A stretch of 64,000 bases of DNA. It comes from Arenicellales bacterium. Its GTDB lineage: Bacteria; Pseudomonadota; Gammaproteobacteria; Arenicellales; JAJDZL01. The notes below the pieces were generated by a model. It saw only the letters and a program-made list of their open reading frames with translations, was not told where the DNA came from and ran no database searches. Numbering within the stretch: the stretch's first letter is position 1; every line of letters begins with the position of its first letter. The stretch is from contig OY282380.1 in NCBI GenBank assembly GCA_958295885.1, forward strand, positions 1,884,082 to 1,948,081. Direction: 5' to 3'. Shown one piece after another: positions 30,706 to 41,599 of the stretch. The translations under genes were made by a program, and so were the position numbers.

Positions 30706-30858
30706 GTGCCTGCGGTGCGTGATCAGTTGACCGAGACCTTGATGCGACTCACGACGACCGAAGCGCTGGACCGGTTTGGAGACTGGATCATTCAGTGTGA
30801 AACTGTCGAGGAACTGTTCGAGCGCATTCGTTCAAGTGCCAACGGAATCACTGGATAG
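30706..30858 (+). CDS. Small ORF corresponding to an Rpn/DUF4351-like C-terminal tail (copy 1)
   Basis: GTG with GAGGAGG SD; VPAVRDQLTETLMRLTTTEALDRFGDWIIQCETVEELFERI; near-identical to 31262-31400. Confidence 0.55.
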   Translation: MPAVRDQLTETLMRLTTTEALDRFGDWIIQCETVEELFERIRSSANGITG

Positions 30859-30989
30859 ACAAGCCTAAGGGAGCGTTTTCTGTCGATTTGCCAGCCGGCA
30901 GACGTCTGTTGTCTTGTTCGTCCAAGACCCATTGGAATCCTCATCAGCAAAAGCGGGATGCACAGCGTCAGTCCGAAGAGTGCTGAGCG

Positions 30990-31420
30990 ATTTGGTCCAT
31001 GCATGTAACCATAGTCTCGAAAATCGGGCGACAGTGAACTGAAAGCGGATTTGGCGAAGTGGCTGAAAGCGTCGATCAATGATCGGCTGCGAGATCGGAT
31101 GGAAGGAGTAGAATGATCTGGGGATGCTGGCAAAGAACATCAAAAAATGAGCCGTTGACTACCGTGCTCAAGGTCGTGTTCAAGCTGTTGAGGAAGGTCG
31201 GATTCAAGGTTTGGAAAAAGGCAAACGCGATCTGGTGTTCCGGCAGGTCGAGTCGAAGTATGTGCCTGCGGTGCGCGAACAGTTGACCGAGACCTTGATG
31301 CGACTCACGACGACCGAAGCGCTGGACCGGTTTGGAGACTGGATCATCCAGTGTGAAACTGCCGAGGAGCTGTTCGAGCGCATTCGTTTAAGTTCCAACG
31401 CACTTGGTAAAGATGGGTAG
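30990..31420 (+). pseudogene. Rpn (recombination-promoting nuclease / putative transposase) C-terminal remnant (tail copy 2)
   Basis: ELKADLAKWLK fragment, QGRVQAVEEGRIQGLEKGKRDLVFRQVESKY, then the duplicated tail. Confidence 0.65.
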
Positions 31421-32321
31421 TGATGCTTTGTTGTGTGTGGCGAGAACAGAGTTTGCGATTAAGCTTCTTTGAGGCATGGAGCTCAGTCGGTAAATCATAA
31501 TGATGCTTTACTCAGGGATGCGCTGCTTCTCAAGCCGCGACTCGCAAGAGTTACGATTGTGAGCTTAATAGCATTTTCTTTGGTGGCAAAGTAAAAAGGG
31601 AGACTTAGGAACAACATCGGGCATGCGGTCGGCACATTATCCTCAAAGGTAATTTGGCTTATTGGCATCGTTACGTAAATCTGGAAGAGGCTGGCAGTAG
31701 TGATGCAGACGGTCAATTAAAACATTCACCATAAGTTCATGGTGGCTGTATAAATGAATATTTAAGGAATTGGTAACAATAACAGTTAACTTAAGGCGAA
31801 ACCCAAAATTGGGTCAAAGGTGGAGAGCGCCTGCTGTTTCTCTGGTAGCGACTGCGTAGTCCAGCGAGATTGAACTGATCGCGAATTTACTTGAAACGAA
31901 CCGGTTTGTGCCCGTCGAATAGTACAGGTCAATTTTGCCAGCTGCCTGACGAGCGTGGTTCGTTGCTGGTGTGGGCGGCTGCAGCCAAAACAATTTCTGC
32001 TTCGCCTGCTGAACTGTCAAATTCTAGTGCACACCAAAAGCAGCCTAGCCGCCACCCAATCGCAAAATGATCGCAGACTTCTGTTTGTACCAGCTGCTCA
32101 AGGGCATTCGCGTCGGTTCGTTTGCAATTGACGAGGCAATTTCTTGGAAATTCGTAAAATTAGTGATGAAATGAACGATTGTGAGAGATTCAGTCAACTC
32201 CAAGAGTGCGTGAATATCTTGCATCGCGCAACTGCCGCGCAATAACAAGCGTATGAAGTATTACAATTGTTCGAATTAATTCAGGAAATTCAATTTAAAT
32301 TGGTGCAAGAGTCTTTTAGAT

Positions 32322-33320
32322 ATGGCAAAGTTGAAAAATGACTGGTACGTCTGCTCGATCGATAAGAATCTATTGAGATCGTTCTCGAAGCGATCTGACA
32401 AACCAGCGTTGATTTGGTTTGGCAGCTATTTCCTGTTATTGGCTTTAATGGGAATAGCTGTTGTTTTAACTTGGGGCAGCTGGTGGGCTTGGCTGTTTGC
32501 GGTTGCCTATGGCGCGATATGGGGTTGCGCCGCATCCGGATTTCATGAAACCTGCCATAAAACACCGTTTCGCACCCGCTGGATGAATGAGACTGCATTG
32601 TGGGTCTTCGGATGGATGGTTCAGATGGAGCCGATTGCTGTAAGGTGGGGACATTTGGGACATCATAGTTTCACTCATTTCAATGAAGGCGATACCGAGT
32701 TGTCTGAACCTAATCCCGTGACTTGGGGCCTGCTTTTCAAGGTTGGTTCCGGCCTTGGCGGCACATACTTTTACTCGAAATCGCTGCTGGGACAGGCTTT
32801 CGGCTTCATTTCGGAAGAAATGCAGGCGGTCATCCCCTCAAATAAAGTGCCCAAGGCGATCAATAACGCCCGCGTTATGGTGGGTCTCTATGCTTTTGTG
32901 ATCATCTGGGCGTTGTCAGCGCAATCTTGGCTGCCGATTGTGCTTACATTTGCCGCCAGAATCATTGGTGGTCCCGTGACAGGTCTTTTGCATCTTACGC
33001 AGCATACCTGCCTGCAGATGAACGTAATGGACCACCGTTATTCGACGCGCAGCTTTACAGCAGGTCCAATCACCCGTTTCTTCTATTTCAACATGAATTA
33101 TCACGTGGAGCATCACATGTTCCCAATGGTGCCGTTCTACAATCTGCCACAACTAAATGACGCATTGAAAAATCAGCTGCCTGAACCCTGTAAAGGCCTT
33201 GCGGGTGTATTCAGGGAGATTTTCGCTGGTGTGGTCAGGCAGCAGAAAGATCCTGATTATTTTGTCCGCAAAACAGTGCCAGGCCTGCCTGAACAACCTA
33301 CCGCGGCTAGTCCATCTTAG
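32322..33320 (+). CDS. Membrane fatty acid desaturase / hydrocarbon oxygenase family (MocD-like)
   Basis: His boxes HETCH, HLGHH and YHVEHH; PMVPFYNLP. Confidence 0.9.
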   Translation: MAKLKNDWYVCSIDKNLLRSFSKRSDKPALIWFGSYFLLLALMGIAVVLTWGSWWAWLFAVAYGAIWGCAASGFHETCHKTPFRTRWMNETALWVFGWMVQMEPIAVRWGHLGHHSFTHFNEGDTELSEPNPVTWGLLFKVGSGLGGTYFYSKSLLGQAFGFISEEMQAVIPSNKVPKAINNARVMVGLYAFVIIWALSAQSWLPIVLTFAARIIGGPVTGLLHLTQHTCLQMNVMDHRYSTRSFTAGPITRFFYFNMNYHVEHHMFPMVPFYNLPQLNDALKNQLPEPCKGLAGVFREIFAGVVRQQKDPDYFVRKTVPGLPEQPTAASPS

Positions 33321-33686
33321 GGTGATGTCAGGCGCATAGGAGAATTCAGGGATGGCGTAGAGGTCAGCGTTTCTGCGACAGACACGATTGGTGAGGAAAA
33401 CGTCGTTTGCGTTGGCTGCTTTTCCCATCCTTTCATCGTTCACAGTTCAAGAAAAAGCCTGAATCTGCCGCCGATGATCAACGCCACTGTGCAACAGCAT
33501 CTCCAAGGCCGCGAGGAATGGCGAAGATAATGGAGTTCATTGCACCATCTAAGCCACATCAATGTTGAATTTGGTTGTTCCTCTCGCTCCAGTGTTCCCA
33601 ATGCACGTCAATCTCACGACATGCTCATGCAATGTCAAGGGCAGGGGATTCAGTTTGTCAATCTTCAAAACACAGGATTGCGAATA

Positions 33687-33845
33687 TGGCCCTACACCGA
33701 TAAAGTAGAGACACTATGTGACAGAGTAAACCTTAAATATGGATGAAAATCAAGGAGGTGTAAAGTGATCTACTCGGAGGAGTTGAAAGCGCATATCTTA
33801 ACCGAGCATGAAGCTGGGTTATCGGTGCGGGAACTGGTTCGCAGA
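33687..33845 (+). mobile_element. IS3-family left-end remnant
   Basis: TGGCCCTACACCGATAAAGTAGAGACA end, AAGGAGG SD, OrfA-like start IYSEELKAHILTEHEAGLSVRELVR. Confidence 0.55.
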
Positions 33846-34265
33846 ACTTTTCTGATCGAATATTTCAAGCACATGCCTGATGCTTTCGCGCACTTGTTTG
33901 TTCGGGTCCAGCACGACGCGGTCACGTAGATCATAGACCAACCCCACCGGCAGCCGAATACGCAGTTCACCGCGCTTTGCACAGCTGAAAAGCCCGCCAA
34001 GCAGACGAGACTTGAACAGATGCAGTTCCGCTTCGCTAATCGTCCCCTTAATCCCCAGCAGCAGGCGATCATTGAAATCAGTCGGATCGTAAACACCATC
34101 CTCATCGACAATCAAGGTATCGGTGAAGGCGCAGATTTCCACCAGCCGGTGCCAGTCGCTGCTGTTGCGAGCCAGCCTTGAAACTTCCAGTCCAAGCACC
34201 ACTCCAACATTGCCCATGCCGATTTCACCCACCATGGCCTAAAAGCCATGACGCCCGCTTGCGGC

Positions 34266-36689
34266 CTACCTATACAGTACAAATTGGGGCTTGACTTTTA
34301 AAATTCGAGCTGGTACATTTGAACATCATGTATCAGCAGAATCAAATTCCGCGCAAGCTGAGGTCAGCATCTGGTCTGGAGCAGTTGCAGTCGATCCTGG
34401 CAACGCGCAGTTTTGCGAATCGTACGGAATTGACGCATGCGGTGTGTGAGGAGTTTGGATTTTACGATGCGCGGGGTAAAGCGCAGGTGACGAGCAGTCT
34501 TCGGGTGCTGCGGGATCTGGAGCAGACGGGTCGGATCGAGCTGCCGGCTTCGAGTCGTACGGTGCGCCAGGTAAAGGCGCGTGGATTGGGACAGGCGGTG
34601 GCCTTGGCGCAGGGAGTGCCGGCGCGGGTGGATCAGGTCAGTGGTTTGCAGCTGTTGCTGGTTGAAGAGGAATCGCAGTTGCGTCTGTGGAACGAGCTGA
34701 TGATTCGCGAGCATCCGCGAGGAGCGGCAGTTCATGTAGGCTGTCAGCTGCGATATCTGGCAGTGTCTGAGCATGGCTATTTGGGTGCGCTGGGATTTGC
34801 GTCGTCGGCGCTGGCGCTGCGCAGTCGAGACCAGTGGATGGGCTGGGATGCAGAGTTGAAGTCTCGACATTTAAATCGAGTGATCGGCATGAGTCGGTTC
34901 CTGATCCGGCCTTCGGTGCGCTGTCAGAATCTGGCGTCGAAGGTGTTGGGTCTGTGTCTGCGTCGAGTCGGCAGGGATTTCAAGAGTCGCTATGGATTTG
35001 ATCCGTATTTGGTGGAGACGTTTGTGGATGGGTCTCACAGTGGGGTATCGCTGCGAGCATCGAACTGGCGCCATGTGGGCTGGACGACGGGTCGCGGTCG
35101 ATTTGGGGGCAAGTCTGATCCGGCGGCTGTGAAGTCGGTGTATATCTATGAATTAGAACGGAAATGGCGAACGTATCTGGGGTTGGACAAGGTTTGCGTC
35201 CCGGTGCGTGACAGAGGTCGGGGACTAGCGATTGATGAATGGTCGGAGCAGGAATTTGGAGGTGCGCCGTTGGGTGATGAGCGTCGCAGCAGAAGACTGG
35301 TGAAAAGTGCGGACATCCAGGCTCGGCAGCCGATGGAGCCGTTCACGGCTGCGTCCAGGTCGGATCAAGCGGCGGTGCATGCGCATTATCGTCTGCTGGA
35401 TCAGCCGGCGGAATCGGCGGTGACGCCAAAGAACATCTTGGCGCCGCATCGACAGCGAACGCAGGAGCGAATGCAGGCACAGTCGGAAGTTTTGTGCGTG
35501 CAGGATGGCACCGATTTGAATTTCGCCAATCACGGTGGCTGTCAGGGCATGGGCTTGATCAGTCGCAACCGCAAATCGGCTGGCACCATGGGGATTCACA
35601 TGCATTCGCTGCTGGCGCTTGATGCGCAGGGAGTGCCGTTGGGGGTGCCGCACATTGAATATGGCCATCTGGATGACGAGGGCACCAAGACGCAGCGATG
35701 GCTGCGCGGGCTGCGTGCGAGCGCAGAGTTGGCGGCGCCGCTTGAAAAGGTGCGGATGGTGGCGGTGATGGATCGCGAGGCGGATTGTTTTGAGGTGATG
35801 GCCGAGTGTCGAAGGCTGTCAGATGTGGAGTTGCTGGTGCGCGCCCAGCATAATCGAAGTCAAGGCAAAGGCCAGCCGAAGATGTTCGATGCGATCCGCG
35901 GGCAACGTGCGCAGGCGAGTCTGGAAGTGCCGGTGTTGGCGCGTTCGGCGCGCCGCAGCAGCCGCAGTCAGAAGGCGATGTCGAAGCAGCCGGCGCGGAT
36001 GGCGCAGGTCGAGTTGCGCTGGCGTCAGGTGCAGATTCAGCCGACGCGCGGTTTTTCGGGTGAGAAACCGCTGAGGTTGAATCTGGTTCATGTGTATGAA
36101 GCAAAAGCAGGCGACGCGGTCAAGCCGCTGGAGTGGTTTCTGCTGACCAGTCTGGCGGTCAACAGCGCGCACGATGCGACGCAAGTAGTACAGCGTTATC
36201 GGCTGCGTTGGCGAATTGAGGATTGGCACAAGATTTTGAAATCCGGCTGCAAGGTGGAGTTTCTCAAGCATCGCAAATGCGAGCGCATCGAACGTGCGGT
36301 CACCATCAACGCGGTGATTGCTTGGCGGCTTGCGGCGATGACGCTGCTGGGCCGAGAAACCCCGGAATTGCCGATGGAAGTGCTGTTTAGCGAGACCGAA
36401 ATCGGTGTATTGAAGGACTTCGCACGCCAAAATCGCAAAAAAGTGCCACAAAATCTCGGCGCCGGCGTGGTGACGATGGCCATGCTCGCCGGTTATTTGA
36501 ATCGTAAAAATGATCCACCACCGGGTTACAAGAAGATCTGGGAAGGCTATAGCATGCTGACAACAATGGCGCGGACTTATGATTTGGCTCTGTACATGGC
36601 AGCCCAAAAAGAAAGCTGGTTTCACCATAACTTAAAAGATTGGATTCAACATAAGTTAAGTCCAGACTGAATTTGTACGGAATAGGCAG
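34266..36689 (+). mobile_element. IS4-family (IS50/Tn5-like) element, copy 1, 2424 bp
   Basis: TIR CTACCTATACAGTACAAATT / AATTTGTACGGAATAGGCAG (17/20); 8-bp duplication CTTGCGGC. Confidence 0.95.
34319..36670 (+). CDS. IS4 transposase with N-terminal DUF4338/DruA-like domain
   Basis: N-terminal RDQWMGW...SRFLIRP...NLAS...LVETFVD...NWRHVGWTTGRG; C-terminal FGGAPLGDER, QDGT, MDREAD, YRLRWRIEDWHKILKSG. Confidence 0.92.
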   Translation: MNIMYQQNQIPRKLRSASGLEQLQSILATRSFANRTELTHAVCEEFGFYDARGKAQVTSSLRVLRDLEQTGRIELPASSRTVRQVKARGLGQAVALAQGVPARVDQVSGLQLLLVEEESQLRLWNELMIREHPRGAAVHVGCQLRYLAVSEHGYLGALGFASSALALRSRDQWMGWDAELKSRHLNRVIGMSRFLIRPSVRCQNLASKVLGLCLRRVGRDFKSRYGFDPYLVETFVDGSHSGVSLRASNWRHVGWTTGRGRFGGKSDPAAVKSVYIYELERKWRTYLGLDKVCVPVRDRGRGLAIDEWSEQEFGGAPLGDERRSRRLVKSADIQARQPMEPFTAASRSDQAAVHAHYRLLDQPAESAVTPKNILAPHRQRTQERMQAQSEVLCVQDGTDLNFANHGGCQGMGLISRNRKSAGTMGIHMHSLLALDAQGVPLGVPHIEYGHLDDEGTKTQRWLRGLRASAELAAPLEKVRMVAVMDREADCFEVMAECRRLSDVELLVRAQHNRSQGKGQPKMFDAIRGQRAQASLEVPVLARSARRSSRSQKAMSKQPARMAQVELRWRQVQIQPTRGFSGEKPLRLNLVHVYEAKAGDAVKPLEWFLLTSLAVNSAHDATQVVQRYRLRWRIEDWHKILKSGCKVEFLKHRKCERIERAVTINAVIAWRLAAMTLLGRETPELPMEVLFSETEIGVLKDFARQNRKKVPQNLGAGVVTMAMLAGYLNRKNDPPPGYKKIWEGYSMLTTMARTYDLALYMAAQKESWFHHNLKDWIQHKLSPD

Positions 36690-37232
36690 CTTGCGGCCGC
36701 GGAACAACCCAAATCGGAATCGTCCACAATAATCTGCTCGGCTGACCATCCCAGCGTCAATGCACGTTCATCAAGTGCATACTGGCGACGCGTGCTCTCG
36801 GAATTTGTCATCACCTGGTGCATCGTCGACTGGCGCACATAAAGATAGGCCCGACGACTGAGGTGACTGTTGGCCACTTTTCTGAATGCTAACGCACTCA
36901 TGACTGCTTCTCAGGCAGATGCGCGCAAATCATGTCCACCCACACCGGCAAAATCTCAGCCAAGACAATCTCGTTCGGCTGGGCCGGTTCAGCCGGCAGT
37001 CGAGTCGACTGCATATCCATATCAATCCGTTGCGATGTGACTTCGCAAGCTATGCCTGAATCCGATGCGCAGGGATACTTCTCGACCCACTCCACTACGC
37101 CAGCCCCTGCTGATAGATAACGCCCGCCGAACAGCTCGCCTGCCACGGCAGGATTGGCTGCTTGCGCAGTTGTTCACAATCGTTTTGCAGCGATTGTTTA
37201 TACCAGGATCAATGGCAGCTGGCAGACCACCG

Positions 37233-37625
37233 TCAGGCAGAGTTTTGTTTTGCTCGATGCAAAGCGCGTTCTATGGTGGTGCGATGCACCGACAGCTCGA
37301 AACGGTCCTGCAGCAACTGCTGCAGTTGTTTGATCGTGACCGCTGGTGTTGTCTGCTGGACTTCCAGCAGTGCATTGATGATATGCGGTTTGAGCTTGCG
37401 TGCCTGGCGCGGTCCTGGTCGGTCCGGCAAAAGCCCCGGCAGACCGTGCTGTTCGAAGGCTTGAAGCGCTCGATAAAATGTCGGACGCGAAAATCCAAAA
37501 CATTCGACCGCGTAATGTACGCTGCGGCCATCGATTTGCACTTTTCGCAGCATTTCGTACTTCACCTGCACCAGATCACAGGCATCGAAAAATGGATGCT
37601 GTCCGAAAATGCGCACGACCTTCAC
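37233..37625 (-). CDS. Helix-turn-helix protein of the recombinase module
   Basis: FFDACDLVQVKYEMLR, FGFSRPTFY, GLPGLLPDRPGP, VHRTTIER. Confidence 0.75.
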   Translation of the reverse strand: MKVVRIFGQHPFFDACDLVQVKYEMLRKVQIDGRSVHYAVECFGFSRPTFYRALQAFEQHGLPGLLPDRPGPRQARKLKPHIINALLEVQQTTPAVTIKQLQQLLQDRFELSVHRTTIERALHRAKQNSA

Positions 37626-37818
37626 TTATTTCAACATATGCGTCCACCTCTGCAGTGTCGGTCCAGCTTCGCGGCACCGAACATGCCTGTCCATTCGGAC
37701 TCTTGAAATAGAACCATTCACGAATCGCTCTTTTTCGGATGTTGATCACTCGAATCTGCTGACCATGCAGCGGATGACATGGATGCATAATTCGCACATG
37801 ACTAGACGAAGCTGGCAA
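37576..37818 (-). CDS. DUF5372 / Y4bD-like small protein of the recombinase module
   Basis: HPCHPLHGQ and VPRSWTD motifs. Confidence 0.6.
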   Translation of the reverse strand: MPASSSHVRIMHPCHPLHGQQIRVINIRKRAIREWFYFKSPNGQACSVPRSWTDTAEVDAYVEISEGRAHFRTASIFRCL

Positions 37819-37829
37819 TATAGGTTACA

Positions 37830-38109
37830 TCTGGCACCTCAATTCAAGAATAACGGATCTCACATGAAGCACAACTTCGGCCACGGTCACCAGGGACTGT
37901 CCAATCTGCTGCTGACCCTGAACCTCATCTCCTTTGCCTGCCACACCGTCTGCGATCAGGTGTGCACGCTGTGGAACCCGGCTCGCAGCCGCATCTCCAA
38001 ACGACAGCGTTTCTTCACCACAAAGATTGTGCTCAACAATTACATCTACTTTGTCGACTGGGAACAGCTGCTGCCGCGGCTCGCACAGCCGCCGCGGGCA
38101 CCGCCCTGA
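37830..38109 (+). pseudogene. Transposase C-terminal remnant (ISNCY-like)
   Basis: KNNGSHMKHNFGHGHQGLSNLLLTLNLISFACHTV...FVDWEQL. Confidence 0.65.
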
Positions 38110-38357
38110 TAATACTCATTATCAGCCGCCGTGCGTGGCTGCCTTCAATCACCCTTAGCAGACATCGGACCTTAATAGGAAACTAAAATGTACAAAATCC
38201 GATAGTTGGATTTGCTGCATGTTGTTCTTTTCTATAGTGAAATTTTGGTATATAGTTCTGAATTGGAGGTTTTCGAGTTTCAATTCATGCTAATTTTGGC
38301 GATCGATTGAATCAAGAATACTCCTACATTAAAACTACTAAATAAAGGAGAAAGACC

Positions 38358-39764
38358 ATGGAACAATTAAATTCAATCATTAGCTCCATCAATGCATTCG
38401 CGTGGGGACCACCTATGCTCGGAATTCTTGGAGTTACTGGCGTTCTGTTGACCCTAGGGCTGGTATTCATGCCATGGCGCAAGGTTGTCTACGGATTTGG
38501 GATCCTGTTTGCCAAAGACGACGCTGGCGGAGAGGGCGAAGTTAAGCCTTTCAACGCTCTTATGACCGCTCTTTCAGCGACGGTTGGAACAGGTAACATA
38601 GCGGGTGTAGCGACAGCGATCGCATTAGGTGGTCCTGGAGCCATTTTCTATATGTGGTTGATCGCTGCATTCGGTATGGCGACAAAGTATGCTGAAGCGG
38701 TTTGCGCGGTTGAGCATCGTGAAGTTGACGCCGACGGGAAGTATGTTGGTGGTCCAATGTATTACTTACGCAATGGTGTAGGTGCTTTTGCACCTGAACT
38801 TGGAAAATATTTAGGATTGGCATTTGCGGTCTTTGGTGCAATTGCAGCGTTCGGTATAGGTAATGCGGTACAAGTCAACTCTATGGCGGCGGCACTTCAG
38901 AATACCTTTAGCGTTCCAACATATATAACCGGTGTTGTCGTGGCAGTTCTTGTTGGCTTTGTAATCCTCGGTGGTATTCAACGAATCGGTGAAGTTGCCG
39001 GTAAATTGGTTCCGACAATGATCGTTCTTTATGTTGGTGCAGCATTGGTTATCATCCTGATTAATATCACTGACGTTCCAGCTGCGTTCGTATTGATCTT
39101 CAAACATGCATTCAACCCGATTGCAGCCGCAGGTGGATTTGCTGGCGCGGCTGTTGCAGCAGCAATTCGTTTTGGTGTCGCACGAGGTGTGTTTTCGAAT
39201 GAATCTGGTCTTGGGTCTGCAGCCATTGCACATGCGGCAGCAAAAACCAACAATCCGGTTCGACAAGGCATTATTGCAATGTTGGGAACGTTCATCGATA
39301 CATTAATCGTTTGTACAATGACTGCATTGGTCATTATTACTTCCGGTGCCTGGATGATGGTCGGTGCGGATGGAATGGGCTTAACCGGTGCTGTATTAAC
39401 TTCAACTGCATTCCAAGAAAGTATCGGTGGTGGTCAATACGTCGTTACAGTTGCATTGGTCGTGTTTGCCTTTACGACAATTCTCGGGTGGTCTTACTAC
39501 GGCGAACGATGCTGGCAGTACCTGTTTTCCGAAAAGAGCATAATGATCTACAGAATTCTGTGGGTATTGGCGGCTCTAAGTTTTGCTAACGTGAAAGTTG
39601 ACTTCGTATGGAACTTGTCTGACACTCTCAATGGACTAATGGCGGTGCCCAATCTCATTGGGTTATTGTTACTAGCTCCGATGGTATTTAAAGTGACACG
39701 CGAACACTTTGAACGAGAAGGTAGACCGATAGGAACAAGTCTCAGTGATTCCGATAAGAGTTAG
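38358..39764 (+). CDS. Alanine/glycine:cation symporter (AGCS family)
   Basis: ATVGTGNIAGVATAI, GGPGAIFYMW, RGVFSNESGLGS. Confidence 0.95.
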   Translation: MEQLNSIISSINAFAWGPPMLGILGVTGVLLTLGLVFMPWRKVVYGFGILFAKDDAGGEGEVKPFNALMTALSATVGTGNIAGVATAIALGGPGAIFYMWLIAAFGMATKYAEAVCAVEHREVDADGKYVGGPMYYLRNGVGAFAPELGKYLGLAFAVFGAIAAFGIGNAVQVNSMAAALQNTFSVPTYITGVVVAVLVGFVILGGIQRIGEVAGKLVPTMIVLYVGAALVIILINITDVPAAFVLIFKHAFNPIAAAGGFAGAAVAAAIRFGVARGVFSNESGLGSAAIAHAAAKTNNPVRQGIIAMLGTFIDTLIVCTMTALVIITSGAWMMVGADGMGLTGAVLTSTAFQESIGGGQYVVTVALVVFAFTTILGWSYYGERCWQYLFSEKSIMIYRILWVLAALSFANVKVDFVWNLSDTLNGLMAVPNLIGLLLLAPMVFKVTREHFEREGRPIGTSLSDSDKS

Positions 39765-39769
39765 TGATG

Positions 39770-40076
39770 ATATGGAATCTCACCCCTCCAGAAACAGAGT
39801 TTAAAATTGAAATCTCATAAACTTGTAGACTCAATCCAGAGAGGTGAGATTATGGGCTATACAACACTCGGCTTGGACCTTGCAGAGAGCATCTTTCATT
39901 ATGTGATCATCAAAGTCCAAGCCGAGCCATCGCGCAAGGGAATTCAAGGCGAAATCAGCTGCTGGACCAGCTGTTGAACCTGGAAGTGGGTCTCATCGCC
40001 ATGGAAGCGCGTTCCAGTTCCCGCTATTAGGGTGGAAAACTGCAGGAGCTGGACATCCTACAATTTGTCAAGCCGA
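39770..40076 (+). mobile_element. IS110-family (IS1111-like) 5' remnant
   Basis: Inverted repeat AATCTCACCCCTC / GAGAGGTGAGATT before the ATG; MGYTTLGLDLAESIF, later IAMEA; frameshifted and truncated. Confidence 0.7.
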
Positions 40077-41599
40077 ATTGCGGATCTGCAACTTTGCAAT
40101 CACTCACTGCACTCGGTCTGTTATGCTGCAAGTTCATATGTTGGAAAATCAAATATCATTTGATTTTCAACAACACGCAGGCGACCTTAAGCAGTCGGTC
40201 GGCCACACTTCGCAAAGCTCTCGCGTGTCTGTGCCCCTCCCTCGCCACGAAGAGCCCCGCGTATTTGGTTTTGCTGACTGCATCATGCTGACAGGCGACT
40301 CGAGCCCAATGATAGATGGCATTCTGCAACTGCGTGTTGATGGCCCGGCGACGCACCACTACATACGAACTGCTGGAACGTTTGGTGACCGGTGCCACCC
40401 CAGGGCACTCCCACGCTAACCAATTCAGTGCAAAATATCCAACGATCCCAGTAAATTGCCGTCAGGGGTGACTATTTTCGTTGCGATGTAGTATATATGC
40501 GGACATGAACGAACATGGCCGCGAAAATAACCCACCCATCCAAGCTGGCGAGGTCAAGGTACGTCTTGCCCGCACCAGCGAATATCCGAAGTGGGACCGA
40601 CTGATGCGTCAGCATCATCAGCTTGGATTCAAGCGTTTTGCCGGTCGCGGATTGCGATACATCGTTGAGTATCAGAAGCGGTGGGTGTGTCTGAGTGGCT
40701 GGCAGACCGGTTCATTGAAGTGCGCTGCGCGCGACCAATGGATTGGCTGGGCACCGGAGCAACAGTGGTGTCGATTGCATTTGATTGTGAATAACACTCG
40801 CTTTGCAATGCTGCACGAGGCGTGTCGATATCCGAATCTGGGTTCGCATGTGCTGAAATTGATCTGTCAGCGAATCAGTGATGACTGGGAAGCGGCCTAT
40901 GGTCACGGTCTGCTGTTGGCGGAGACATTTGTCAACCCCAAGCAACATGGTGGAATCATGTACCGCGCGGCTGGGTGGCAGACGTTGGGAAAAACCGCCG
41001 GCTATTCGCGCAAAGGGGGCAAGTATACCGAGGCGCATGGTGAGGTCAAGCTGTTGTCAGTCAAGCGATTGCGTCGCGATGCCAGGCGCGCGTTGTGTCA
41101 GCCAGGCGAGTTGGAGTCGCGCTGGCAGAAAAAGGGCAAGGCGAGCGGTCATTCGCTGCCGACGTTGCGCAGTTTGCATGCTGAGTTTTCCGAGATGCGG
41201 GATTTTCGTCGCGCACAGGGGCGCAAGCACACGCTTGCGAGTGCCTATTCAACGCTGATTCTGGCACAATTGAGTGGATTTTACGGCTCGGTGGCGGCGG
41301 CACAGTTTGCCGCGGCTCTTTCTCAGGAGGAGTTGGCTGCGATTGGCAGTTGGCGCAATCCGAAAACAGGCTGGTATGAGCCGGCGTCGAAATCGACGTT
41401 GCACCGGGTCATTCAGTACACCGATACGGAACAGTTGCAAGGCGTGTTGGATCGCTATTCTGGATGTCGAAACAAACAGTTGTCGGCACTTGCGGCGGAC
41501 GGAAAGCGGATTCGCGGCGCCAATCGAAATGGAGACAGCCACTATGAGACGGTAACGCTTGTTGAGCATGGCAGTGGGATTCCGAAAGCCAGCCGCAGT

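Larger units (their letters stand above)
33846..36901 (-). pseudogene. Large serine recombinase, split by an IS4-family element and truncated
   Basis: AYLYVRQST...QYAL...DLGCSAA (36690-36901) continues after the IS as SGRHGF*...LEVSRLARNSSDW...NDRLLLGIKGTISEAE. Confidence 0.85.

Noticed and set aside
31440-32300. Possible decayed regulator upstream of the desaturase
   Set aside because: The fragments show no motif I can support.
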